The notes beneath the pieces are model-generated. The model was not told where the DNA came from and did no database searches. It saw nothing but the letters and a program-made list of their open reading frames with translations. Shown here piece after piece: positions 8,701-17,317 of a stretch of 64,000 nucleotides of DNA; position 1 is the stretch's first letter, and the number at the start of each line of letters is the position of its first letter. The DNA is from Armatimonadota bacterium (GTDB lineage Bacteria; Sysuimicrobiota; Sysuimicrobiia; Sysuimicrobiales; Kaftiobacteriaceae), in NCBI GenBank assembly GCA_037440005.1, contig JBBIUY010000004.1:32001-96000 (forward strand), read 5' to 3'. The position numbers were made by a program, and so were the translations under genes.

Positions 8701-10437
8701 GTGGCCATGGGGCTGCGCAGCCGGATCATGCTCCTGGTGGCGATCGGCCTGGTCGCCGCCACGGCGCCCCTGGGGATCATGGGCCTGCTGATGGTGCAGG
8801 CGGCCACGGACCGGGTCCTGGAGGAACGGCTCGCCACGACCCGGACCGTGGCCGCCCACCTGAGCGAACGGCTGGCCCAGGGGTGGGCCCACCTGAAGTG
8901 GATCGCGTCCAGGGCTGCGTCCACCGGGGGCCGGGGGCTGGCCGACCTGGACGCCGGCCCCCCCGCGGGAGTTCTGACGGGGGGCATAGCGGTGGTGGAT
9001 GGCCGCGGCCGCCCCCTCGCCGGCGTGCTCAGGTCGGGCGGCCTCCTGGAGGCCGGGGCATGGGTCGTCCGGGAGGCGCTCCGCACCGGGCACCCCCGGA
9101 TCAGCCCCCTGGTGCGTGCCCGCGATGCGGCCGGCGTCCTCCTGGTCGTGCCGGTGACATCTCCCGGCGGGGCGGTGACGGGCGCCGTGGTGGGGGTCGT
9201 CGATCTGACCGGCCCGGTCCTGCGGAACTTCGTCGCCGGCCTGGCCCAGGGGGCGACCGGCCACGCCGTGGTGGTGGACCGGGACGGCACGGTCCTGGCC
9301 AGCACCCGGGACGAAGATCTGTTCACCCGCAGCGAGCACCCGGAGTTCTTCGCCCGGCTGATTTCCGGCGGACGGCCCCTGGTGGCCCCGGCCGAGAAGG
9401 TCTCCACGTCCCGCGGGAGCAGGGAGACCCACGTGATGGCCTTTGCGCCGGTGGCGGGCGCTCCGTGGGGAGTCGGCGTCGGCCAGGACGACCGGGAGAC
9501 CTTCGGCCCCCTACGCCGCCTGCGGGACCGCATCATCGTGTTCGAGGTCCTGGTCCTGGCGGTCGCCCTGGGGTTTGCCTGGCTGGACACCGGGGCCGTC
9601 AGCGCGCCCCTGCGGGCGCTGACCGTCGCCACCGAGCGTATCGCCGGCGGCGACCTCAGCCAGTCCATCGACGTCCGCCGCACCGACGAGATCGGGGATC
9701 TGGGTCGCAGTTTCGAGGTCATGCGGCAGAGGCTGCTGCGCTCGCTGGACGAGAACGCCCGGCTGCAGGAGCGGCTGCTGTCGGTGGCCGTGCTGGAAGA
9801 GCGGGAGCGCATCGCCCGGGAGATGCACGACCACGTGGGACAGGTCCTGGGCTACGTGAACACCAAGGCGCAGGCGGTGCGGGCGCTGGTGGAGGCCGGG
9901 CGGCTGGAGGAGGCCCGCCGTCAGCTGTCCCAGCTGGAGGAGGCGGTGCGGGAGGTCTACGCCGACCTGCGGGAGGCGATCCTCAGCCTGCGGACGGCGC
10001 CCGCTCCCGGCCGACCGCTGGCCCAGGCGCTCCGGGAGTACGCCCTGCGGTTCAGCGAGATGAGCGGGATCCCCGTGGAGGTGGCCATCGAGGCCGACGG
10101 GGCCCTCAGCCGCCTGACGTCCACCGCGGAGCTGCACCTCATCCGTATCGTCCAGGAGGCCCTCACCAACGTCCGCAAACACGCCCGGGCCCGTCGGGCG
10201 TGGGTGCGGTGCGCGTGCCGGGGAGACGAGCTGGTGGTGAGCGTCGCCGACGACGGGGTGGGGTTTGACCCCGGCGGTCCCCACGGCGGGATCCGATTCG
10301 GGGTGTCGTCCATGCGCGAGCGCGCGGAGGCCGTGGGGGGCGCGCTGGCCATCCGGTCCGCCCCCGGAGCCGGGACCGAGGTGGAGGTCCGTCTGCGGAT
10401 CGGGAGGGAGCCCGATGCGCGTGCTGCTGGCCGATGA
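8701..10437 (+). CDS. NarX/LiaS-type histidine kinase with Cache-like and HAMP domains
   Basis: EERERIAREMHD H-box, QEALTNVRKHA, DDGVGF. Confidence 0.93.
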   Translation: MAMGLRSRIMLLVAIGLVAATAPLGIMGLLMVQAATDRVLEERLATTRTVAAHLSERLAQGWAHLKWIASRAASTGGRGLADLDAGPPAGVLTGGIAVVDGRGRPLAGVLRSGGLLEAGAWVVREALRTGHPRISPLVRARDAAGVLLVVPVTSPGGAVTGAVVGVVDLTGPVLRNFVAGLAQGATGHAVVVDRDGTVLASTRDEDLFTRSEHPEFFARLISGGRPLVAPAEKVSTSRGSRETHVMAFAPVAGAPWGVGVGQDDRETFGPLRRLRDRIIVFEVLVLAVALGFAWLDTGAVSAPLRALTVATERIAGGDLSQSIDVRRTDEIGDLGRSFEVMRQRLLRSLDENARLQERLLSVAVLEERERIAREMHDHVGQVLGYVNTKAQAVRALVEAGRLEEARRQLSQLEEAVREVYADLREAILSLRTAPAPGRPLAQALREYALRFSEMSGIPVEVAIEADGALSRLTSTAELHLIRIVQEALTNVRKHARARRAWVRCACRGDELVVSVADDGVGFDPGGPHGGIRFGVSSMRERAEAVGGALAIRSAPGAGTEVEVRLRIGREPDARAAGR

Positions 10438-11062
10438 CCACGCCCTGTTCCGGGACGGGATCCGCAGCCTGCTGGAAGCCCGGGGCGTGGAGGTGGTGGG
10501 GGAGGCCGGCGACGGGCAGGAGGCGGTGGAGGCCGCGCTCCGGCTGCGGCCGGACGTGATCCTGATGGACGTGACCATGCCGCGCATGGACGGACTGGAC
10601 GCCACGCGGCACATCACGGCGCGCCTGCCGCAGGCGACGGTGGTGATGCTCACCGTCTCCGACGACGACCGCACCCTGTTTGAGGCCCTCAAGAGCGGCG
10701 CCCGGGGCTATTTGCTCAAGAACCTGCGGGCCGAGGAGTTCTTTGAGCTGCTGGCCGGCATCGAGCGCGGCGAGCCCGCCCTCTCGCCCCGCCTGGCGGG
10801 CCGCATCCTGGAGGAGTTCCGCCGGAGCCGGAGGGCGCCCGACCGCCCGGACGCCGACGACCTGACCGAACGGGAGTTGGAGGTCCTGCGGCTGCTCAGC
10901 CAGGGCGCCAGCAACCGAGAGATCGCCGCGGCGTTGCACATCTCGGAGAACACCGTCAAGTTTCACATCAAGAACATCCTGGACAAGCTCCACCTGCGCA
11001 ACCGGGCCGAGGTGGTGGCCTACGCCGCGCGCCGGGGGTGGTTGCCGCCCGGCCCGCCGTAG
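10415..11062 (+). CDS. NarL/LuxR-family response regulator
   Basis: LADDH, LMDVTMP, LTERELEVL...ISENTVKFHIKNIL. Confidence 0.95.
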   Translation: MRVLLADDHALFRDGIRSLLEARGVEVVGEAGDGQEAVEAALRLRPDVILMDVTMPRMDGLDATRHITARLPQATVVMLTVSDDDRTLFEALKSGARGYLLKNLRAEEFFELLAGIERGEPALSPRLAGRILEEFRRSRRAPDRPDADDLTERELEVLRLLSQGASNREIAAALHISENTVKFHIKNILDKLHLRNRAEVVAYAARRGWLPPGPP

Positions 11063-11186
11063 GCCCAACTCGAGTTTTCCGATCGGCCGCCTCAACAACT
11101 GCAAATACAGTCTCCGCCCGATTGCTGCCGCCGCGGCCGTACCGGTAGCATCCGGTCAAAGGGATTTTTGTAACCGTTGAAATGCC

Positions 11187-11879
11187 ATGACCTCGACGCG
11201 TCTTCCACGACCGCCCCGGCGGCGGGCGCCCGTCCTCCGGCCCCCGGACGCCCGGGAGGACATCCTCCGCCACCTGCCGTCGTCGGGCGGCCGCACCGTC
11301 CGCGAGCTGGCGCGCCTGGTCCGCCTGTCCCCGTCGGCGCTGCGTCAGCACCTGGCGTCTCTGGAGCGGGACGGCCTGGTGGACAGGGCGGCGATCCGCG
11401 GGAAGCCGGGGCGGCCGGCGTTCGCATACCGCCGCGCGGTCCCCCCGGCCGGTCCGGTGCCCGCGGACCCGTCCCGGGTCCTCAGCACCCTGCTGCGGGT
11501 GGTGGAGGCCCAGGATCCGCGGCGCGTCGCCGAGATCGTGGACGGCGTGGTGGCGGCGCTGGAGGACGAGTACGGGGCCGTCCGACAGATTTCCGATCCC
11601 GGCGCCCGCGTCCGCGCCGCCGCCTCGGTCCTGTTCGACGCCGAGGGGCAGGCGCAGGTCCGCGCCGCCGCCGACGGCTACGAGGTGAGCCTGCGCCGCT
11701 GCCCCCTGCTCCCGGCGGCGCGGGAGTCCCCGGCGTGCTGCGAGATCGCCCGGCGCCTGCTGGGCAGGCTCTCCGGGGCCGAGGTGGAGCAGCGGGAGTC
11801 GCTGCTGCGAGGGGACCCGCGGTGCCTGTTCGTGCTGCGGGTGCCGCCGGCGTCCCGACATCTGGCGGAGGCGGGGTAA
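11187..11879 (+). CDS. HTH transcriptional regulator with Cys-containing C-terminal domain (SufR-like)
   Basis: ELARLVRLSPSALRQHLASLERDGLV...GRP, then CPLL...CCE...PRC. Confidence 0.8.
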   Translation: MTSTRLPRPPRRRAPVLRPPDAREDILRHLPSSGGRTVRELARLVRLSPSALRQHLASLERDGLVDRAAIRGKPGRPAFAYRRAVPPAGPVPADPSRVLSTLLRVVEAQDPRRVAEIVDGVVAALEDEYGAVRQISDPGARVRAAASVLFDAEGQAQVRAAADGYEVSLRRCPLLPAARESPACCEIARRLLGRLSGAEVEQRESLLRGDPRCLFVLRVPPASRHLAEAG

Positions 11880-11885
11880 GGGCCG

Positions 11886-12611
11886 ATGACGCGGCACGCG
11901 GGATGGGTGGTCCTGCTGTGGGTGGTCCTGACCGCCCTGGGCCTGGTGGGGGCCGCGCGGGTGGACCTGCTGCCGGTGGCCGCCGCCCGGGAGGCCCGCA
12001 TTATCGACGACGCCTTCCGGTTCCTGATGCTGCTGGCCGTGCCGGTGTTCACCTTCGTGCTGGCCGTCCTGCTGTACGCCGTCGCCGCCTTCCGCGCCCG
12101 CCGGGAACCTCCGGAGGACGGGCCCCCGCTGTGGGGGCGGTCGGCGGTGCCGTGGGTCTGGCTGGCGGTCACCAGCGCCCTGGCCGTGTACGTGATCGTC
12201 AATCCGGGACTGCGGGGTCTGGCCGAGCTGCGGTCCGACCGACACGCGGACCTGGTGGTGCGGGTGGAGGGGTCCCGGTGGGTGTGGCGGTTCGTCTATC
12301 CCGAGTCGGGCGTCACCAGCCGCGAGCTGGTCCTGCCGGTGGGCCGGCGGGTGCGGTTCGACGTGACCGGGGTGGACGTGGTGCACTCCTTCTGGGTCCC
12401 GGCGTTCCGGGTGAAGGTGGACGCGGTGCCCGGAATGACGACCTCCGTGTACGTGACGCCCACCCGGACCGGAGATCAGGCCGGTGATGTGAATTTCCGG
12501 GTCCAGTGCGCCGAGCTGTGCGGCCTGGGCCACCACCTGATGGCCGCGCCGGTGCGGGTGGTGGATCCCGGGGCGTTCGAGGCGTGGGTGGCCGGGGGCC
12601 GGTCGCCCTAG
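11886..12611 (+). CDS. ctaC: Heme-copper oxidase subunit II (CuA, no fused cytochrome c)
   Basis: Two anchoring TMs, DVVHSFWVP, CAELCGLGHHLM. Confidence 0.95.
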   Translation: MTRHAGWVVLLWVVLTALGLVGAARVDLLPVAAAREARIIDDAFRFLMLLAVPVFTFVLAVLLYAVAAFRARREPPEDGPPLWGRSAVPWVWLAVTSALAVYVIVNPGLRGLAELRSDRHADLVVRVEGSRWVWRFVYPESGVTSRELVLPVGRRVRFDVTGVDVVHSFWVPAFRVKVDAVPGMTTSVYVTPTRTGDQAGDVNFRVQCAELCGLGHHLMAAPVRVVDPGAFEAWVAGGRSP

Positions 12612-12653
12612 CCGGAGGCGGCGCGGCCGGGGGGAGACGTTTGCCGATCCGGC

Positions 12654-14501
12654 GTGGCGAGAGGTGAGCGGTCCGTGCGAGCGATCGTGCGCGGGATAGG
12701 GTGGGGGGCGGCCGGCTTCGCGCTGGGCGCCCTGGCGGCGACGGCGGCCGGGTGGGCGGCGGGGCGTCCGCCGCGGGCCGAGGTCCTGGTGACCCTCGGG
12801 TACGTCGCCGGGCTGACCGGCTGGCTGCTGGGCGTCGGCCTGTGGGACGCCTGGGCCCGGGGGTGGTTCGGGCTCCCCGTCCGCCACGAGCCCGATCACA
12901 CGTGGCGGCGCTACTTCCGGTTCACCACCGACCACAAGGTCATCGGCGTGCAGTACCTGGTGACCTTCGTGGTGCTGTTCGTTCTGGCCGGGGCGATGGC
13001 GCTGGTCATGCGGGTGGAGTTGGCGGCCCCGGGGCCGACGGTGATGAGCGCCGGCGCCTACACCCACCTGATGAGCCTGCACGGCATCATCATGATCGCC
13101 GTGGCGGTGGCCACCATCCTGGGGGGGTTCGGCAACTACCTGGTGCCGCTCATGATCGGGGCCGAGGACATGGCCTTCCCGCGCCTGAACGCCCTCAGCT
13201 ACTGGCTGGTGCCGCCGGTGGCCGTCCTGCTGGTGGCCACGCCGTTGGCCGGGGGGTTCGACACCGGGTGGACCGCCTACCCGCCCCTCAGCGAGGTCAA
13301 CGCCAGCGGCCAGGTCCTGTTCAACCTGGCGGTGATCACCTTCGGGCTGTCCTCCATCCTGGGCGGGATCAACTTCCTGGCCACCATCGTGGGCCTGCGG
13401 GCGCCCGGGATGACCTGGCGGCGGCTGCCCATCTTCGTGTGGGCGGTGTTCGCGGCGTCGCTGATCAGCGTCACCGCCACCCAGTACCTGGCGGCGGGGC
13501 TGCTGATGGTCCTGCTGGACCGGGAGGCGGGCATGGCGTTCTTCGCCGCGGCCCGGGGCGGCATGCCCCTGCTGTACCAGCACATCTTCTGGTTCTACTC
13601 GCACCCGGCGGTGTACATCATGATCCTGCCCGCCTTCGGGCTGGCCCTGGAGGTTCTGACCCACTTCTCCCGCAAACCCCTGTACGCCTACCCCTGGGTG
13701 GTGGGGGGATTTCTGGGGATCGTGGGGCTCAGCTTCGTGGTGTGGGCGCACCACCTGTACACCAGCGGCATGCGGGAGTCGCTGCTGGGGCCGTTCATGG
13801 CCACCACCGAGCTCATCTCCATCCCCACCGGGCTGGTGTTCCTGGCCGCCCTGGGGACGCTGTGGATGGGCCGGCTGTGGCTGCGGACGCCGATGCTGTT
13901 CGCCCTGGGGTTTCTGTTCAACTTCCTCATCGGGGGCGTGACCGGCATCTTCAACGCCGACGTGCCCACGGACCTGCACCTGCAGGACACCTACTTCGTG
14001 GTCGGGCACTTCCACTACACCATCGTGGGCGGGATGATCTTCGCCCTGTTCGCCGGCCTGTACTACTGGTTCCCCAAGATCACCGGGCGGATGTACGACG
14101 AGCGGCTGGGCCGGGTGCACTTCTGGTGGATGTTCCTGGCCTACAACGCCACCTTCCTGCCCATGTTCTGGGCGGGGGTGCACGGGATGAACCGGCGCAT
14201 CGCCGACTACCCGGCCCCCCTGGCCGGGGTGAACCTGTGGATCTCGGCGATGGCCGTCGTGCTGGGGGCCAGCGTCGTGGTGTTCCTGTGGAACGCGGTG
14301 GCCAGCTGGATCCGCGGGCCGCAGGCCGCGGCCAACCCCTGGGGCGCCCGCACCCTGGAGTGGCAGGTGCCCTCGCCCCCGCCCGAGGGCAACTTCCCCC
14401 ACCCGCCCCGGGTGGTGGGCGACCCCTATGCCTACGGGGTGCCGGGAGCCGCGCACGCCGTGGTGGCCGCCGCCGGCGGGGCCGGGGAGGGAGGGGGGTA
14501 A
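12654..14501 (+). CDS. ctaD: Heme-copper oxidase subunit I, A2-type (YS motif), with N-terminal extra TMs
   Basis: TDHKVIG, HG, DMAFPRLN, WFYSHPAVY, WAHH, GHFHY, GMNRR. Confidence 0.97.
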   Translation: MARGERSVRAIVRGIGWGAAGFALGALAATAAGWAAGRPPRAEVLVTLGYVAGLTGWLLGVGLWDAWARGWFGLPVRHEPDHTWRRYFRFTTDHKVIGVQYLVTFVVLFVLAGAMALVMRVELAAPGPTVMSAGAYTHLMSLHGIIMIAVAVATILGGFGNYLVPLMIGAEDMAFPRLNALSYWLVPPVAVLLVATPLAGGFDTGWTAYPPLSEVNASGQVLFNLAVITFGLSSILGGINFLATIVGLRAPGMTWRRLPIFVWAVFAASLISVTATQYLAAGLLMVLLDREAGMAFFAAARGGMPLLYQHIFWFYSHPAVYIMILPAFGLALEVLTHFSRKPLYAYPWVVGGFLGIVGLSFVVWAHHLYTSGMRESLLGPFMATTELISIPTGLVFLAALGTLWMGRLWLRTPMLFALGFLFNFLIGGVTGIFNADVPTDLHLQDTYFVVGHFHYTIVGGMIFALFAGLYYWFPKITGRMYDERLGRVHFWWMFLAYNATFLPMFWAGVHGMNRRIADYPAPLAGVNLWISAMAVVLGASVVVFLWNAVASWIRGPQAAANPWGARTLEWQVPSPPPEGNFPHPPRVVGDPYAYGVPGAAHAVVAAAGGAGEGGG

Positions 14502-14507
14502 TCGCTC

Positions 14508-14714
14508 ATGGGCCGGGCGGACATCGGGGCGCGGCTGCGGGTGGGCACGCGGGCGCTGGTCACCCTGCTAATCCTGACCGCGGTGGAGGTGCCGGTGGCG
14601 TTCCGGGTGCCTCGCCCGCTGCCGTGGCTGATCCTGCTCAACCTGGCGGACGCGGCGCTGATCGTCTGGTACTTCATGCACATCGCCGACCTGTGGCGTC
14701 CGGGGGAGGACTGA
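14508..14714 (+). CDS. Cytochrome oxidase subunit IV-like protein
   Basis: LTAVE...LIVWYFMH, two TMs, inside the oxidase operon. Confidence 0.75.
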   Translation: MGRADIGARLRVGTRALVTLLILTAVEVPVAFRVPRPLPWLILLNLADAALIVWYFMHIADLWRPGED

Positions 14715-14716
14715 CG

Positions 14717-15283
14717 GTGGCCGCCCACGTTGCCGCACACCCCCGCTACCGCCGGCTGGACCTCCGCCGGCTGGGCCTGTGGCTGTTCCTGCTGTCGGAA
14801 GGGTTCCTGTTTTCCGCCCTGATCGCCGCCCGCTACTACCTGCTGGGCCTGCAGCGGCCCGAGGGGCTCAACCAGCCTCTGGGGCTGGCCATCACCGTGG
14901 TGCTGCTGGCCAGCAGCCTCACCGCCTACCGCGCCGAGACCGCCATCGCCGGGGGGGACCGGCCGCTGTTCCTGCGCAACACCCTGGCCACGGTGGCCCT
15001 GGGCCTGCTGTTCCTGGCGGGGGTGGGGGTGGAGTGGGCGCAGGCGTTCGCCCACTTTCCCCCGACCCGGCCGGTGGGCACCGTCTTCTTCACCCTGACC
15101 GGCATGCACGCCCTGCACGTCCTCAGCGGCGTGGTCCTGCTGGCCGGCGTGTACCTGCACGGCCGCCGCGGACGGTACGGCCCCGGGGCCTTCTGGCCGG
15201 TGGAGGGCGCGGTCAAGTACTGGCACTTCGTGGACGTGGTGTGGGTCTTCATCTACCCCACCCTGTACCTGGTCACCGCCTGA
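14717..15283 (+). CDS. ctaE: Heme-copper oxidase subunit III (short form)
   Basis: GLWLFLLSE, LTGMHALHV, YWHFVDVVW...LY. Confidence 0.93.
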   Translation: MAAHVAAHPRYRRLDLRRLGLWLFLLSEGFLFSALIAARYYLLGLQRPEGLNQPLGLAITVVLLASSLTAYRAETAIAGGDRPLFLRNTLATVALGLLFLAGVGVEWAQAFAHFPPTRPVGTVFFTLTGMHALHVLSGVVLLAGVYLHGRRGRYGPGAFWPVEGAVKYWHFVDVVWVFIYPTLYLVTA

Positions 15284-15331
15284 CCGTCCCGCTCTGGCCC
15301 CCTCCAGGCCACGTCCCCTCCGCCGGGACTC

Positions 15332-15401
15332 CCTACCCGGCCGGGTAGGTGGCCGGACTACCCGCACGGGCGTTGTGCCCCGCCGTCTGCCCGGACTACC
15401 C
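15332..15401 (+). promoter_or_regulatory. Palindromic operator CCTACCCGGCCGGGTAGG plus two CCGGACTACCC repeats
   Basis: Perfect 18-bp palindrome at 15332-15349; repeats at 15353 and 15391, upstream of the cupredoxin genes. Confidence 0.6.
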
Positions 15402-15432
15402 TGGCGTCGGGCCGGTGGCCCGGAGGGGAGCC

Positions 15433-15888
15433 GTGGAGCGGCGCGCCGACGGAATCGTGTACTTCGCCCTGGCGGTGGCCGTGGTCGCCCTGGCGGTCAG
15501 CCTGCTGGCGTACGCCCGGCGGGCCCGGCCGGAGGCCGGCCCGCCGCCGCGGGCCGCCGCCACCCTCACCCTCTCCATGGTGGTGGCGACCTTCACGGGT
15601 CCGGGCATGGCCGCCCACCGGTGGTACCCCACCATGCTGGTGGCGCGGGTGGGAGACACCATCGACCTGGCCGTGGCGAACCCCGACACCTTCGCCCACC
15701 AGCTGGAGGTCACCGGCTACAACCTGCGAACCCGCCGGCTGGCTCCCGGCGCCAGCGACGACCTGCGCTTTGTGGCCGACCGGCCCGGCGTGTTCGTGTA
15801 CCGGTGCGTCCTCCCCCACAACCCGGCGGCCGGGGAGTGCACTCCGGACCACGAGCAGATGCGTGGGTACCTCATCGTAACCGAGTGA
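15433..15888 (+). CDS. Membrane-anchored cupredoxin 1
   Basis: N-terminal TM, VGDTIDL, HQL, PGVFVYRC-x10-C-x3-H-x2-M-RGYLIV. Confidence 0.85.
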   Translation: MERRADGIVYFALAVAVVALAVSLLAYARRARPEAGPPPRAAATLTLSMVVATFTGPGMAAHRWYPTMLVARVGDTIDLAVANPDTFAHQLEVTGYNLRTRRLAPGASDDLRFVADRPGVFVYRCVLPHNPAAGECTPDHEQMRGYLIVTE

Positions 15889-16349
15889 TGGGTATGGACG
15901 GCGTCCGGTCGGCGGTGGCGGGGCTCACCGTGGGGGTCTCGCTGGTCGCCCTGGGGATCGGCGGGCTGGCCCTGCTGGCCTCCGCCCCGGCGGCACCGCC
16001 GCCAGAGCGCGTGGACCTGGAGCTGCTCATCACCGGCCGGGGCGCCATCGGGGGGCCGGCCGAGAGCCACCTGTTCGACCCCCAGATGCTGGTGGTGCGC
16101 CGGGGGGACACCGTGCGGCTGCGGGTGATCAACCTGTCCCACTTCCGTCACGGCCTGGAGTTCGCCGGCCTGGGCGTGCGCACCGCCGCGCTGCCCGGCG
16201 GGGCGGCGGACGTGGTGGAGTTTGTGGCGGCACGGCCGGGGATTTTCGAGTACCGGTGCTATTTGCCCCACGATCCGGCCACGGGCACCTGCGCCCCCGA
16301 CCACGACCGGATGGTGGGGCACCTGGTGGTGGTGGAGGGACGGCGGTGA
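15888..16349 (+). CDS. Membrane-anchored cupredoxin 2
   Basis: N-terminal TM, FDPQMLVVRRGDTV, HGL, PGIFEYRC-x10-C-x3-H-x2-M-VGHLVV. Confidence 0.85.
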   Translation: MGMDGVRSAVAGLTVGVSLVALGIGGLALLASAPAAPPPERVDLELLITGRGAIGGPAESHLFDPQMLVVRRGDTVRLRVINLSHFRHGLEFAGLGVRTAALPGGAADVVEFVAARPGIFEYRCYLPHDPATGTCAPDHDRMVGHLVVVEGRR

Positions 16350-16392
16350 GAGGACGCGGGAGATTTACGAGCCCCTCGGGGAGGTGAGGAGG

Positions 16393-16857
16393 ATGCGGGG
16401 ACGGACGGCGCTGGTTGTGGGCGTGGTGGCGGTCCTGCTGGCCGTCGGGCCGGCGGCGGGCGCGCCCAAGGCCCAGAAGGTCACGGTGGTGCTCAACGAG
16501 ATGAGCTTCACGCCCGCCCGGGTGACGGTGACGGCCGGCACGCCGGTGCAGCTGACCCTGGTCAACCGGGGCAAGCAAAAGCACGAGTTCATGGTCTACA
16601 CGCCGCCCCGGACGGCGCTGGCCGGAGACGAGCTCGAAGAGTGGGCCAAGGAGAACTCGTACTTCAAGGGCCTCGAGGTAACCGTGGAGACCGCCGGCGT
16701 GGAGATCGGGGCGGAGGCCCTGATGGAGGTCGAGGTGGGGCCGGGCCGGTCCGCCGAACTGACGTTCACGCCGCGGCGGACGGGGACGTTCGAGATGGGC
16801 TGCCACCTGGAAGGCCATTACGAGGCGGGGATGAAGGGGACGTTTGTGGTCCGTTGA
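16393..16857 (+). CDS. Secreted type-1 blue copper protein (cupredoxin 3)
   Basis: Signal peptide, EMSFTP, HEF, C-HLEG-H-YEAG-M. Confidence 0.88.
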   Translation: MRGRTALVVGVVAVLLAVGPAAGAPKAQKVTVVLNEMSFTPARVTVTAGTPVQLTLVNRGKQKHEFMVYTPPRTALAGDELEEWAKENSYFKGLEVTVETAGVEIGAEALMEVEVGPGRSAELTFTPRRTGTFEMGCHLEGHYEAGMKGTFVVR

Positions 16858-16873
16858 CGCCGGGAGGACACCC

Positions 16874-17317
16874 ATGAACGGTCGCGGGGCGCTGCTGTTC
16901 GCCGGGAGCTTTGCGGTGGTGCTCACCGCCCTGGCCGGGTACGTGGTGGTGCGGTCCTACGCGCCTCCCGCCTCGGCGGCGCCTCCCGTCGTGCCCGAGG
17001 TCCGGCAGTTCGACCTGTGGCTGCACGTCCTGGAGGCCGCCGACGCCTCGGTGCGCCACTGGGTCCCGCCCGTGCTGGTGGTGAACGCGGGCGACACCGT
17101 CATCCTGCGGGTGCACAACGGCGACCCGGACACCGCCCACGGCTTTGCCCTGGGCGCTTTCAACCTGACGGTCCCCACCATCCCGCCCGGGCAGACGGCG
17201 ACGGTGCGCTTTGTGGCGCGGCGGCCCGGGATCTACCACTACGGGTGCGCCGCCGCCGGGTGCGCGCCGGACCACGCCGGGCAGACCGGCCAGCTGGTGG
17301 TGCTGGGAGGGCGGTAG
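16874..17317 (+). CDS. Membrane-anchored cupredoxin 4
   Basis: N-terminal TM, GDTVILRV, HGF, PGIYHYGC-x4-C-x3-H-x2-Q-TGQLVV. Confidence 0.85.
   Translation: MNGRGALLFAGSFAVVLTALAGYVVVRSYAPPASAAPPVVPEVRQFDLWLHVLEAADASVRHWVPPVLVVNAGDTVILRVHNGDPDTAHGFALGAFNLTVPTIPPGQTATVRFVARRPGIYHYGCAAAGCAPDHAGQTGQLVVLGGR

Noticed and set aside
10968..14456. 1162-aa minus-strand ORF (similarly 23112-25892, 34188-37133, 47816-50734, 53431-55590)
   Set aside because: Antisense shadows of motif-supported genes, expected in high-GC DNA; no recognisable domains.
12654..14501. Subunit I as a nitric oxide reductase
   Set aside because: The cross-linking Tyr (HPAVY), the D-channel Asp/Asn and subunits II/III are all present, which indicates an O2 reductase.
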